Positions 8,392 through 18,081 of a stretch of DNA of 64,000 nucleotides are shown here, one piece after another. Every line of letters begins with the position of its first letter. Within the stretch, counting starts at the first letter, position 1. The notes under the pieces are model-generated. The model saw only the letters and a program-made list of their open reading frames with translations. It was not told the origin of the DNA and did not search any database. The DNA is from Bacteroidota bacterium (GTDB taxonomy: Bacteria; Bacteroidota; Bacteroidia; Bacteroidales; FEN-979), in NCBI GenBank assembly GCA_026391795.1, contig JAPLDI010000033.1:1598-65597 (forward strand), in the 5' to 3' direction. A program made the translations under genes and the position numbers.

Positions 8392-9114
8392 TTATCTTGT
8401 TAACAACGCCTCTGCTTCCTGCAATGCCTGCCGGTAGACGCGAACCGGAAAATCAGGCAGCTTTGACTGACGGCGTTCTGTCGGACTTTGAACGGTCTTT
8501 AATACCTCCCCCGTTTTGTAATCACGGATGTCAAAAATGTAGGAGAAATCATATATTTCTCCTCCGCCGGCGCCAATCCGGGTTGCAACATGTTTTGACG
8601 GGACCGAGATGAGGATGATAAGCCGGGGATCACTGCCCGGTATTGGTTTAAGATGATCAGGCAGAAGGAACATTAAATAGGATTCAAGCTTTATCTCTTC
8701 GTTACATTCTGAAAGAACAAGTATCCCGCCTGCTTTCCCGGCTGAAGGGGACAAAACATTGTTTTCCCGGAAATTACTTTTCAGGTTCCCTGCAATCTTC
8801 TTAACCCTGGCATCATATTGCTTTTGCAGAACAAACTCTTCCCGTCCCCCCAGGTAGGAATAATCGACATGGGAAACAACCTTATAGGAAATAAAAAGCC
8901 AGAGGAACAGAAAGATTATTATTCCCACGCCTCCCATTACTTTTGATGACAGAAAATCTTCGCTGCCGGGAAAATATCTGTAAAGTAACTTATTAAAAAT
9001 ATACTTATCCATGAATAAAAGGAAAGCAACAAGTAAAATCAAAAAAACGATCCCTGTGATGAAGAACACGGCCCAGAACAGACCTGTGTTCGTATAATTA
9101 TAATACAGATTCAT
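8392..9114 (-). CDS. Hypothetical membrane protein (2 TM)
   Basis: 240-aa ORF with two hydrophobic helices near the N-terminus. No recognisable family motif. Confidence 0.5.
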   Translation of the reverse strand: MNLYYNYTNTGLFWAVFFITGIVFLILLVAFLLFMDKYIFNKLLYRYFPGSEDFLSSKVMGGVGIIIFLFLWLFISYKVVSHVDYSYLGGREEFVLQKQYDARVKKIAGNLKSNFRENNVLSPSAGKAGGILVLSECNEEIKLESYLMFLLPDHLKPIPGSDPRLIILISVPSKHVATRIGAGGGEIYDFSYIFDIRDYKTGEVLKTVQSPTERRQSKLPDFPVRVYRQALQEAEALLTR

Positions 9115-9290
9115 CTTTTTATATTTTAATTATTCCTACTGCTGAAAATAAATTTTCCAATAGCATTCCTGATTATTTATGCGGGATGAAATTTATTTTA
9201 AAATTAGAGAGATTATTTATAGGTATTACCCTTTCGTTAAAAAAGTTCAGTAGTGAGATGGTGCCGTGGTGAATTTAAATTCAAAATCTC

Positions 9291-9321
9291 CGTGTCCCGC
9301 GTTACGCTTCACGTGTTACGA
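9291..9321. repeat. Degenerate (ACGCGTN)-family heptamer tract
   Basis: CGTGTCC CGCGTTA CGCTTCA CGTGTTA CGA, about 76 nt downstream of the stop at 9397. Confidence 0.6.
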
Positions 9322-9396
9322 TTTTGTGCATCTCACTTCGAAAAATAGCACGTATTCCCGATGATCACCCCGAAGCTCCGGGCGAATACTCCAGGA

Positions 9397-10443
9397 TTAT
9401 TGTCTTTTTGGTAACCTGTCTGCTATGGGTTCCAGCAGGTCAAAGATATGGGGAATGGCAGAAAGAAATCCCAGATCAGAGGTCTTTTTCGGAAAATCAG
9501 GGGTCCATGAGTGGGAGAGAGGCTTTGATAAGTTTTTGAGTTTTATTGAACAAATAAACTTCTCTCCGTCCATGGTTCCCGTTGTGTAGGATGCATTAAA
9601 GGAGGTCCATTCTGTTTTTATTGAGGTGATCTCCCCGAATTCTTTGACAACAGGAGGATCATTCAAAATTGGCAGAACCGGTGCAATTGCATCCATGAGC
9701 CTTTCCCGGTGAGCAGCAGGTACGTCATCAAACGCATGGATAAACATGCAAACCAGCTGAACTCTTTTATCTTTCTTTTCATCTTCAATTTTCTTACGCA
9801 AAGAGGGCCTGGCCAGCTTATCAACAGCGTATCGGATCAATCCATGCTGGTTATTCTCAAAAACAAAGTCAGTCAGCATTTCAATGTCGTTTAGCCGCGA
9901 GATAGCGTTTCCACGAATTAACGTTTTATCATCCTCATTCCAGACAACTTCCCGGCAGGAATCGATGTGATCCATACATTCTTTTTTCCTGTTGAAGGCA
10001 ACGTTGGCGCCCCTGGCTATTTTCAGAAGCAGGTCGTCATTACTCATATGATAAATAGCCTGCAACCGGTAATTAATATCCTTAATGGTATCGTTCATGG
10101 CAATATTAAAAAGTACATCCTGGTCAGTTATTTTGTTAAATGCCTCTTTGCCCTCCTCGTCATAATCATGTGCTTCCAACGCTACTTTTCCAAGCAATTT
10201 TTGATCTGTCAGCTTTTTTAAAGCTGCTTTCCGGATAGCAAACTCTTTTGCTTCAAGTACAATATTTGCAAGTAAGTCCTGATCATTCACCTGAGAAACT
10301 GCTGCTATGCCTTTTTCAATATCAGCAGTTGTCAGGGCAATCTTATAGGGGTCAGTTGTACATCTAACCATAAAAATAAGAGAAATAAATACCAAGGGAA
10401 GGAAAGCATATTTTCTGCCGTAGCAAAATGAAAAGTTTTTCAT
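9397..10443 (-). CDS. Hypothetical lipoprotein with HEAT-like D(Q/D)xLLxxIA repeats
   Basis: Signal/lipobox-like N-terminus ending in VRC. Reiterated motifs: DQDLLANIVLEA, DQKLLGKVALEA, DQDVLFNIAMND, NDDLLLKIARGA. Confidence 0.5.
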   Translation of the reverse strand: MKNFSFCYGRKYAFLPLVFISLIFMVRCTTDPYKIALTTADIEKGIAAVSQVNDQDLLANIVLEAKEFAIRKAALKKLTDQKLLGKVALEAHDYDEEGKEAFNKITDQDVLFNIAMNDTIKDINYRLQAIYHMSNDDLLLKIARGANVAFNRKKECMDHIDSCREVVWNEDDKTLIRGNAISRLNDIEMLTDFVFENNQHGLIRYAVDKLARPSLRKKIEDEKKDKRVQLVCMFIHAFDDVPAAHRERLMDAIAPVLPILNDPPVVKEFGEITSIKTEWTSFNASYTTGTMDGEKFICSIKLKNLSKPLSHSWTPDFPKKTSDLGFLSAIPHIFDLLEPIADRLPKRQ

Positions 10444-10526
10444 GAGAGATACTTTTGTATAACATTGACTGAAGTGATCATAGTAGCATTAATTCCGTCA
10501 ATACTTCCCTGAATTCTCCTTCTTTT

Positions 10527-10547
10527 CACGCGTCACGTGTCACGATC
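10527..10547. repeat. (ACGCGTN)-family heptamer tract
   Basis: CACGCGT CACGTGT CACGATC, 10 nt downstream of the stop at 10557. Confidence 0.6.
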
Positions 10548-10556
10548 TTCACAGTC

Positions 10557-11978
10557 TCACTTCGGAAAATAGTAAGTATACCCGATAATCAGGGCAATGG
10601 TCTGGGCAAATACCTTTGGGGTTGTATTTTCGACCAGATCTGGGCTGATATGATCCAGGTTCTCGATGTTTTTTGACGGACTCACCGTATAGGTGATGCC
10701 GGCTGTGATCGAGTTCCTTATCTTGTGGTAGGAAAGTCCGAGTGATACGTGGTACAGGTCCCACTGCCCTCCGGTATGAAGATAGGAGTCGGTCTCATCC
10801 GATTTCCGGAAAGAGGAGAAGTCGGTTCTGAACCCGGCCATCAGGCTGAACTGTTTGCCCAGTCTCTGGTTGAACCCCACTGCGAAATTAAGCACCGGTT
10901 TCGATGAATTTATTACATGCAGGAAACTGTTCAGGTAGGGTTTACTGTCTGCGGAATCTTTATAGGCTGGGGGATAAACGAACGGGTCTTCGTTGGGTTC
11001 GAACAGGTGGTACGGCTTGATCCCGAAGAAATATTCGGCACTCAAAGCGATCTGTGTTTTCTCGGTCTTGTACTCTGCGCCTGCTCCGATGGATAAGGGG
11101 TAGCGAAATTTGACCTTCGCCTTGTCTGTCCGGTCAATGATGGCGAATCCCCCCGAACCGGTGAGCGTATCGTCAGTTACGAGTACCATGGATACTTCCC
11201 GCTGGATCTCCCCGCTGCTGTATAGTTTTATAGCAGGCGTCGTGACTGTGAGTCCCAGTCTCCAGCATCCCTTCTCGTAATTGATCCCGAACTTCCCAAG
11301 CATTGAAAAAACTTTGTATTTCAGGTTCTTGTCATTGTTGATACTTCCGAAATCCAGGGTGTTGTTTACCGTGTCGATGATCCGCAGAAAATTCGTCAGC
11401 TGGTAGCTCTGGGCCCGGTAGGTAATAAATCCGGAAACACCGACGCTGAGATTATCGTTGATCTTGTAGCCTAAACCCAGTCCGCCCCATTGTTCGTTCA
11501 GCTGGTTGGTATAATCAAACGCCCCTGTATAAATGTACGAATCGGGATCTTCCGGAGTACTGTTCTTTTCACCATTATACCTCAGGTTCATCAGGACATT
11601 GCTGTATTGCCGGGTAAGAAGAGCATATGAGAGCCTGAGCCTTTCATTCCTGAAAATACTTACGAGTCCTGAGATGATCTGCGGATAGATGCTCAGCTGG
11701 GCGGAATTCAGGTTAAGCCCTGTACCAGCACCGTCCTCAATAAAGATCTTGTCGACCTTGTATACGTTGGCGTCCACCGACAGGGAGGGGATGGTTATAA
11801 AGCCGAGCGCCCCCGGGTTATAAAAGATCGCTGTATTGTCGCGAACACCCCCGATCATAGCGCCGCCCATCAGGGTGCTGATCGCCCCGAACTGCTGAGC
11901 CCAGTAATGGTCATCCTGGGAATACGTATGGAAGGAAATGGAAATGAAGAGAATGAACAGAAATGGCTTGCGTTCCAT
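10557..11978 (-). CDS. FadL/TodX-like outer-membrane beta-barrel protein
   Basis: Signal peptide, then GAISTLMGGAMIGGVRDNTAIFYNPGALGF (FadL-like MGGA...NPA.L pattern). Beta-strand periodicity throughout. Confidence 0.55.
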   Translation of the reverse strand: MERKPFLFILFISISFHTYSQDDHYWAQQFGAISTLMGGAMIGGVRDNTAIFYNPGALGFITIPSLSVDANVYKVDKIFIEDGAGTGLNLNSAQLSIYPQIISGLVSIFRNERLRLSYALLTRQYSNVLMNLRYNGEKNSTPEDPDSYIYTGAFDYTNQLNEQWGGLGLGYKINDNLSVGVSGFITYRAQSYQLTNFLRIIDTVNNTLDFGSINNDKNLKYKVFSMLGKFGINYEKGCWRLGLTVTTPAIKLYSSGEIQREVSMVLVTDDTLTGSGGFAIIDRTDKAKVKFRYPLSIGAGAEYKTEKTQIALSAEYFFGIKPYHLFEPNEDPFVYPPAYKDSADSKPYLNSFLHVINSSKPVLNFAVGFNQRLGKQFSLMAGFRTDFSSFRKSDETDSYLHTGGQWDLYHVSLGLSYHKIRNSITAGITYTVSPSKNIENLDHISPDLVENTTPKVFAQTIALIIGYTYYFPK

Positions 11979-12079
11979 AGCATTCGGTTTTTGAGAAAGG
12001 AAAATTACGAATATTACCGGAAATACACGGAAGGAAATGATTCATCCAGCTAAGAATTTCGAAAATGGCTGGGTGGAAG

Positions 12080-12113
12080 AAAAAAGAGTTGCTCAAAATA
12101 TTTTGAGCAACTC
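12080..12113 (-). terminator. Rho-independent terminator downstream of 12187-12942
   Basis: Perfect inverted repeat GAGTTGCTCAAAA / TTTTGAGCAACTC (12086-12098 / 12101-12113). On the minus strand it is followed by a U6 run (A-run 12080-12085 on plus). Confidence 0.75.
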
Positions 12114-12186
12114 CCTCCTTTATTTTACTATTTCAATTATGCTTTGCCGCTGATGCGGGTACTTCAGGATAATGTATTGCCGGCAA

Positions 12187-12942
12187 TCAATTGTTGATTT
12201 TTATGACCGCCACGTATGCTGCTTCTTTGATAAAATAAAAAGATTTTGAATTGAATTGCTGAATGCTGTATGTCCAAGGGCAAACTTCAAGATACCCTGC
12301 ACCTGTTCCAAGAACTGCTACATCAGATGGGGAAAATGTACTAGTAACTGCATTTCCCGGCAAGCGTTTCATAACTGATTTGCCATTAACTGTGCTGATT
12401 ATTACTACATAGATGGAGTCTGCATTGTTCGTAAAACCGCCTAGAACAACAGCTAAGCCAGCCATTTTCGAGAAGGCTCCGGGCAGATTCGCCTGATTCG
12501 TGAATTCAGGGAAGAATCGGCTGTCGGTGTAGTTGAAAGCAGGAACGTTGACTGATCCGGAGACAGACCAGATTGCCTGGTCATAGGTAACCGGGTTTGC
12601 CAGATCTGTGTAAACATAAGCGTTGTTCGACTGTTTCGCCAGCGGTTTGGTGTTGAATGTCACTGCACCACCATCCTGAAATGATGTTCCTCCTATTGTT
12701 AATGGGAATGCAGCCGTAGGGGTATTAATCTGCACAGGGATTGTATAACCGCCTACAGTTTGTGTCGAAACCGTATTTAATGCAACAAGAACGCCATACG
12801 CATCGCTGAAATTATAGCTGATCTTTGGTACCGTGCTGGTTTGTGTTGTCGTGTCAGGTGTGGTTGCACTCTTTGAACAACCCGATAACATTGCGGAAAT
12901 AAATCCGAAAATAAAAAAGGATGTAAAAATTTGATTTTTCAT
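12187..12942 (-). CDS. Hypothetical lipoprotein
   Basis: MKNQIF...AMLSGC lipobox followed by a T/S-rich linker. An alternative upstream ATG lies at 12969. Confidence 0.55.
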   Translation of the reverse strand: MKNQIFTSFFIFGFISAMLSGCSKSATTPDTTTQTSTVPKISYNFSDAYGVLVALNTVSTQTVGGYTIPVQINTPTAAFPLTIGGTSFQDGGAVTFNTKPLAKQSNNAYVYTDLANPVTYDQAIWSVSGSVNVPAFNYTDSRFFPEFTNQANLPGAFSKMAGLAVVLGGFTNNADSIYVVIISTVNGKSVMKRLPGNAVTSTFSPSDVAVLGTGAGYLEVCPWTYSIQQFNSKSFYFIKEAAYVAVIKINN

Positions 12943-13179
12943 AGTTATTGTTTTTTTATTTTCTTGCAAATATATATTAATTTAGACTTAATACAAATTA
13001 AAATCAAATATAGTTCTGTTGACAGAAGAATAAAGTATCTGTTCTTCGGGGCATTAACGATCACTTTCCGGATATTGGAAATTTACGGCTGCTTAGCCGC
13101 ACCATAAAACCATCAAGGGGTTACGGGTTTTATTTGATGACGAGGCAGGTATGGAAAAACGGGTATAGTGCCTAAATCC

Positions 13180-14460
13180 TCAGAATGATTTTTTTCCTGA
13201 TCTCTTAATGCCTGTTTTTGATCCTGAATAATGATAGACCAGGGCTGAATATTTGGGAACGATGTTGGCAATGTATTTTCCCGATTCGAACATCTTTACG
13301 ATCAGGTCGGCATAACTGCTGATCCCCGTAAAGTCCTTGATCTCAACGGAAGATAACTTCAGCGAATCGGAATTCAATCCCGGGAAATTTGTCACCAGCG
13401 TCGCGGGAAGTTTGGGGAAAACAAATGAAGTGGCGGTAGGGGAACCATATACATTCCATTCATAGCGGTAGGCTCCTGTCGGGTTATACAGCCATGAAGA
13501 TCCCAGGCGGTCGTACGTGCCGGTGGTCTGCACGCGGAAATGATCCGGGAGAGAGTCAAGCACGGTTATAGATCCGTCCAGATGATCGATCCTGGAGGGT
13601 ATGGTCCCGAAATTATACTGGTACCATTCTTTGTGCGGATCGGAGGGGTCGATGGTATTGATGAAAAAATCGTAATCGGCAAACAGGGTTTCGGGGTAAT
13701 GAAGGGTGATCGAATCGGCATAGGAACCGGAATGGTCGCCCGAATCGAGGGTATAGTATCCTTTTGCATGTTCTCCGGAGGGAAGATAGCCCGATAGCTG
13801 CCAGTAGTAAGAAGAGGTAAGCGGAATCGGGATGGTGGTAGTGAGTGCCGCGCTTGTGGATGAGAGATTGACCGGGTAGTTCCCTGAATTTCCGACACCG
13901 GTGAGCCATTTGTACCGGTAACCGTTTGCTGATGTATTCAGAAGGATGTAGATGTTGTCGGGGATACTCCAGAGATTGACAGCGACTGAAGAGGGCAGCA
14001 CCCCGCCATGGATCCACTGCGATTTGCTTGAGACGCTATACCCTGTTTGCGGCGGAATGCCCGAGAAGCTGAGATTAGCCGTGTCGGCGTTGCCGGATTC
14101 GAAGGTTGTCCATATCCAGTCGGCCGCTTTAACCTGCAGGTAGGAATAGAGATAGACAGTCGATTTCCCGCCGGATTCAGGACCTGTGTAAACCAGCGTT
14201 TCAACAAACAGGTCAGGGAAGCTGGTTCCATATGCCGGATAGAGATTAACATGATACTGTCCTTCAATACTGGCCTGCGCAAGAAGGTTCCCCGACAGAT
14301 CGGAGAGGAATATCATGATCCCCGTCTCTCCGGGATTAAAGTAGTTGTCGAATGTTGCACTGAAATGGTTCTGGGTATAATAAGTATTCTGCTTCTTTTT
14401 GACACAGGAGCTTGTTCCCAGGAGAGCGATGACCGGAATTAGCAGGAGAACTCTTTTCAT
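13180..14460 (-). CDS. Hypothetical lipoprotein
   Basis: MKRVLLLIPVIALLGTSSC lipobox. 426 aa with no family motif I recognise. Confidence 0.55.
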   Translation of the reverse strand: MKRVLLLIPVIALLGTSSCVKKKQNTYYTQNHFSATFDNYFNPGETGIMIFLSDLSGNLLAQASIEGQYHVNLYPAYGTSFPDLFVETLVYTGPESGGKSTVYLYSYLQVKAADWIWTTFESGNADTANLSFSGIPPQTGYSVSSKSQWIHGGVLPSSVAVNLWSIPDNIYILLNTSANGYRYKWLTGVGNSGNYPVNLSSTSAALTTTIPIPLTSSYYWQLSGYLPSGEHAKGYYTLDSGDHSGSYADSITLHYPETLFADYDFFINTIDPSDPHKEWYQYNFGTIPSRIDHLDGSITVLDSLPDHFRVQTTGTYDRLGSSWLYNPTGAYRYEWNVYGSPTATSFVFPKLPATLVTNFPGLNSDSLKLSSVEIKDFTGISSYADLIVKMFESGKYIANIVPKYSALVYHYSGSKTGIKRSGKKSF

Positions 14461-14543
14461 CAGATCAGGGTTTGAAGTACAATTTGATTAAAAGTAAAGG
14501 TAAAATAATTTCTCTTTCCATGAAAGCTTGACGGTAGAAAAAG

Positions 14544-14599
14544 GGAAAATGAAAAATGAAAAATGGAAAACAAGTGCGAGGACTCATTTTCCATTTTCC
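14544..14599. repeat. (GAAAAAT)x4 tract with an inverted (ATTTTCC)x2 partner
   Basis: GGAAAAT GAAAAAT GAAAAAT GGAAAAC (14544-14571) and ATTTTCC ATTTTCC (14586-14599). An 11-bp A/U-rich hairpin is possible. Downstream of the FGE-OmpA stop. Confidence 0.7.
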
Positions 14600-14649
14600 G
14601 CGATATCCGGTGACAGGAACAGGTTCAGGACATTCTGCCCATTTCGCCG

Positions 14650-15933
14650 TTACAGTTTCTTAATGGTGACGCGCCGGTTCTGGGTGCGGCCTGCTGTAGT
14701 TTTATTGTCGGCGATCGGCCTGGAAGCGCCATAGCCTTTTGTCTCGAGCCGGCCGGCATCAATTCCCCGTTTCACGATCTCTGCCTTGATGCTTTCGGCA
14801 CGTTTGTCTGACAGTATCAGGTTGGCATCGGCATTCCCGGTGTTGTCGGTATGACCTTCGATTTCAACGCGCAGTTTCGGATGATTATTCAGGTAGGTCA
14901 CCAGCTGATCGATTACCGGATAGCTCTCCGGTTTCACGACCGATTTTCCGATGTCGAAATAGATGCCGTAAATATCCAGCATCCCTTTTGCATCCAGATC
15001 TTTAAACATGTTATTTGAATCGGCAGCTTTTGTTTCCACCGGTTTCACTGCCTCAACAAGAATGGCTCCCGGAATGGCAACCCTGAACCCGTAGTCGAGT
15101 GCACTGTTATAAGGGAATTCATAATTGCGGAAGGTTGTCCGCATCCTGTCTTTGCCGGTGCTCCAACTGCCCCCGCGGACGATGTGATATTTCCCTCTTT
15201 CGGGTCCCCGCGGACTCAGTTCCGGACTCTCCTTGTAGTAGAATTCACCGTACCAGTCGGCACACCATTCGCGGATGTTCCCTGACATATCGTAAATCCC
15301 GAGTTCATTCGCCATTTTCTGGCCGCAGCGATGCAGTTCGGATGAAGAATTGTCAGAGTACCAGGCTACTTCGTCAAGAACATTGCTACCGGCAAACTTG
15401 TACCCCTTGCTTTTCACTCCACCACGCGCTGCGAATTCCCATTCGGCTTCTGTTGGCAGGCTGAAGGTCTGTCCGGTTTGTGAACTGAGCCATTTGCAAT
15501 AAGCCATGGCATCGTTCCAGCTCACATTGCCAACAGGTTTATCATTGTTGGTGTAGGGTACTTTGGCTCCGCTCATGTATTGCTTCCATGTACCGTTATA
15601 ACGTCCGCGCGGTGGAAGGCCTTTATTTTTATTCACCGAATCGGGCTGTTCAGCATCGGTCACATATCCGGTGGCATCCACGAATTTTTTGAATTCCGCG
15701 AAGGTCACTTCATACTTGGCGATCGAAAAATCGCTGAGGGTGACCTTATGCACCGGGCCCTCATCCTTGTATCCGTCCTTGTATCCCATCTGGAAGCTGC
15801 CGCCCTTGACAGAGACCATTTCTGGGAGAGTGACTGTTGTGGTTTGTGCGGACGTCCCGGAGATCATAACAACGGACAGCACAATGATTATTATAGGGTA
15901 AAGTATTTTCATCATGTTTAGTTTTTTTGGCAA
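14650..15933 (-). CDS. FGE-sulfatase (SUMF1/GldJ-like) domain fused to an OmpA C-terminal peptidoglycan-binding domain
   Basis: FGE-type motifs: GGSFQMG, NVSWNDAMAYCKWL, LPTEAEWEFAARGG, YDMSGNIREWCADWY, RGGSW. OmpA-like C-terminus: IYFDIGKS...EGHTDNTGNADANLILSDKRAESI...NRRV. Confidence 0.8.
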   Translation of the reverse strand: MPKKLNMMKILYPIIIIVLSVVMISGTSAQTTTVTLPEMVSVKGGSFQMGYKDGYKDEGPVHKVTLSDFSIAKYEVTFAEFKKFVDATGYVTDAEQPDSVNKNKGLPPRGRYNGTWKQYMSGAKVPYTNNDKPVGNVSWNDAMAYCKWLSSQTGQTFSLPTEAEWEFAARGGVKSKGYKFAGSNVLDEVAWYSDNSSSELHRCGQKMANELGIYDMSGNIREWCADWYGEFYYKESPELSPRGPERGKYHIVRGGSWSTGKDRMRTTFRNYEFPYNSALDYGFRVAIPGAILVEAVKPVETKAADSNNMFKDLDAKGMLDIYGIYFDIGKSVVKPESYPVIDQLVTYLNNHPKLRVEIEGHTDNTGNADANLILSDKRAESIKAEIVKRGIDAGRLETKGYGASRPIADNKTTAGRTQNRRVTIKKL

Positions 15934-16190
15934 ATGTACAAAAGTTTAAAAAAAACCAATTCGCTTTTTTATCTTCTATTACCATCTTCCGTGTTTCCTT
16001 CCCGAATCCACCATTCCAGGTTGCGTCACCGCATCCATAAACGGGTGTAATATCAGGAACGTCAAATGGGGTGAAGGGGGATTGATTGACTCTTACGCTG
16101 TTTAAAACGCATGAGAGCATGGTTACTCCTCGATCATGACCTTCTGTCCGCTTATCAGGTAGATCTAATAGAATCAGGTATAGCAAATTT

Positions 16191-16221
16191 CGCGTCACGC
16201 GTCACGCGTTCCGTGTCACGA
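16191..16221. repeat. (ACGCGTN)-family heptamer tract
   Basis: CGCGTCA CGCGTCA CGCGTTC CGTGTCA CGA, 3 nt from the stop codon at 16224-16226. Confidence 0.8.
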
Positions 16222-16223
16222 AT

Positions 16224-18011
16224 TTACCGTGAAAGCACCAGCTCTTTGGTAATTACTTTATTATCACTTCTGACCTTGACAAAGTAGATTCCGGGAGAAT
16301 ATCCTTCCAGGTTCAGTTGTTTGACAGCAGATCCGGATGAGTTTGCCAGTTCTTCTGAAAACAGGGTTTGCCCTTTCATGTCGGTCACGCTGATGAAAAC
16401 GGATCTCTCCGTAAGGTTGTTGATGGTGATGGTGACAGATTCCTTGGCAGGTTTGGGTTGCAGGATAATATTCTGCTCGTTCCCTGCATTAACCGGAATT
16501 CCGGTACAGGCATCGATGGCGACATGTTTCGTGGAAATGATCTTGCCCTTGCAGGGGCTGTTTGCAAATGCAAGGAGATAGATGTCAACCGAATCAACCT
16601 GGTAATCATGGATTCCGAAATAATAGGTCGTGTTCAGGGCTGAATGATCGGTGAAGGCACCGTTGCCGGAGGTGCCCCAGGAAAACATTTTGTAGTTTGA
16701 CGCTGTACCGTGAAGTTCAATGGATCCTGCCCAGGAACAGACCGTAGTATCGTTCCCGGCGTAGATTTCAGGCGGAGGAAAGGCGGCAACATGGGTTGTG
16801 TCATGATGGGTCAGCGTTCCGTCACTTACCGTAACCACATATACGGTTGAATCAACCGGTGAAACCTTCGGGTTTTTTAATGTCGATGTAAAACCGGCGG
16901 GAATTGAGATCCATGAATAGGTGTAGCTGCCCGATCCGCCATAAGCGACGCATTCAAGCATGGATGAATCGCCGATGCATATTTTATCAGGGTTGGCGGC
17001 GGCATACGATGAATAAATATTGTCAAAGGTGAAGGAGGCAACGCGTGTCTGCCAGCTGTTTGAGGATGGAATCGAATAGTATTCCGTCGTAAACCAGAAG
17101 GTGGTTGGTGAAGCCGGGTCAACCGACATGGCACTGTAATCCCCCCATCGGTGAGTTCCGCTGTACTGGCACCCTCCGCCGTTGATGATCCCCCGTTCGG
17201 CGATGGACAATTCGTTCAGCGGATCTGTCTTGTATCTTCCGGCATAACGGATGCCCGGGTAGATGGTGGGGCTTGAGACGGAATATCCCAGGGCGATGCT
17301 TCCGGCGGTGTCCATGGCAATACTTCCCATCCAGCGGCTGGTATTATCGGCAGGCGCATAGGTGGCCTGCTGGTAGATGGTCCAGTCGGAGGTGGTCTTG
17401 CGAAGTTCATACCATCGCACGCCGGCCACATTTGAACCTGCGTTCACGGAATGGTTGCATACCATTGACCAGTGGTCATTGAATTTACGGAATTGGAGGC
17501 GATACATCAGGCGGTCGCTGAGCGTTGCCAGTTTAACATCGGTTCCCAGCTGCGAAATGCCGGCGCCAAGATTGCTGTTAAAGCTGGTAACCGGCAGCGA
17601 AAGCAGGTTCCCGAAGGTCGAGTTTCCCGGGGCTTCCCAGTCGACATGAAATTCGAGGATGCCGAGATGATAGGGCGAAGACCTGTAAATGTAGGTGAAA
17701 TAATTGGGTGTTCCGATGGGAGGGAATGCCCCGTCACAATCAGAGGGTAACAGGGAACTTGCTTCATTTGAATTCGGGAGGGTGAAATAGACCATCTGTG
17801 CTCCCGGATCTCCGGCAAGCATCTTTGTCCGGTTAAAAGCAGCGGCTCCTGTTCCGGCATACCCACCCGAACCTGCACCAAAACGGTTGCACGACATGTA
17901 ATATCCGTCAGGCCAGACGCCGAATTTGGGATAGTCGGGCATGTCGGCGAAGGTATACTGGTACCGGTACCAGCTTCCGGTCGGGTCGGGAGTCTGCGAT
18001 ATTGCGATCAT
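16224..18011 (-). CDS. Secreted protein with T9SS C-terminal sorting domain (downstream segment of an interrupted gene)
   Basis: RWGDYSAMSVDP motif, Ig-like modules, CTD GIYFVKVRSDNKVITKELVLSR. The same frame stays open upstream to about 18182 (RFGPLASSTVWTGFPNNSNSGDAVVLYDEEANRW). Confidence 0.7.
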   Translation of the reverse strand: MIAISQTPDPTGSWYRYQYTFADMPDYPKFGVWPDGYYMSCNRFGAGSGGYAGTGAAAFNRTKMLAGDPGAQMVYFTLPNSNEASSLLPSDCDGAFPPIGTPNYFTYIYRSSPYHLGILEFHVDWEAPGNSTFGNLLSLPVTSFNSNLGAGISQLGTDVKLATLSDRLMYRLQFRKFNDHWSMVCNHSVNAGSNVAGVRWYELRKTTSDWTIYQQATYAPADNTSRWMGSIAMDTAGSIALGYSVSSPTIYPGIRYAGRYKTDPLNELSIAERGIINGGGCQYSGTHRWGDYSAMSVDPASPTTFWFTTEYYSIPSSNSWQTRVASFTFDNIYSSYAAANPDKICIGDSSMLECVAYGGSGSYTYSWISIPAGFTSTLKNPKVSPVDSTVYVVTVSDGTLTHHDTTHVAAFPPPEIYAGNDTTVCSWAGSIELHGTASNYKMFSWGTSGNGAFTDHSALNTTYYFGIHDYQVDSVDIYLLAFANSPCKGKIISTKHVAIDACTGIPVNAGNEQNIILQPKPAKESVTITINNLTERSVFISVTDMKGQTLFSEELANSSGSAVKQLNLEGYSPGIYFVKVRSDNKVITKELVLSR

Positions 18012-18081
18012 CTGGAAAAAAGGACCGTTGGGGTAATTCGGCAGAGAAAATTGGGAAAAGAGCCAGCGGTTTGCTTCCTCA

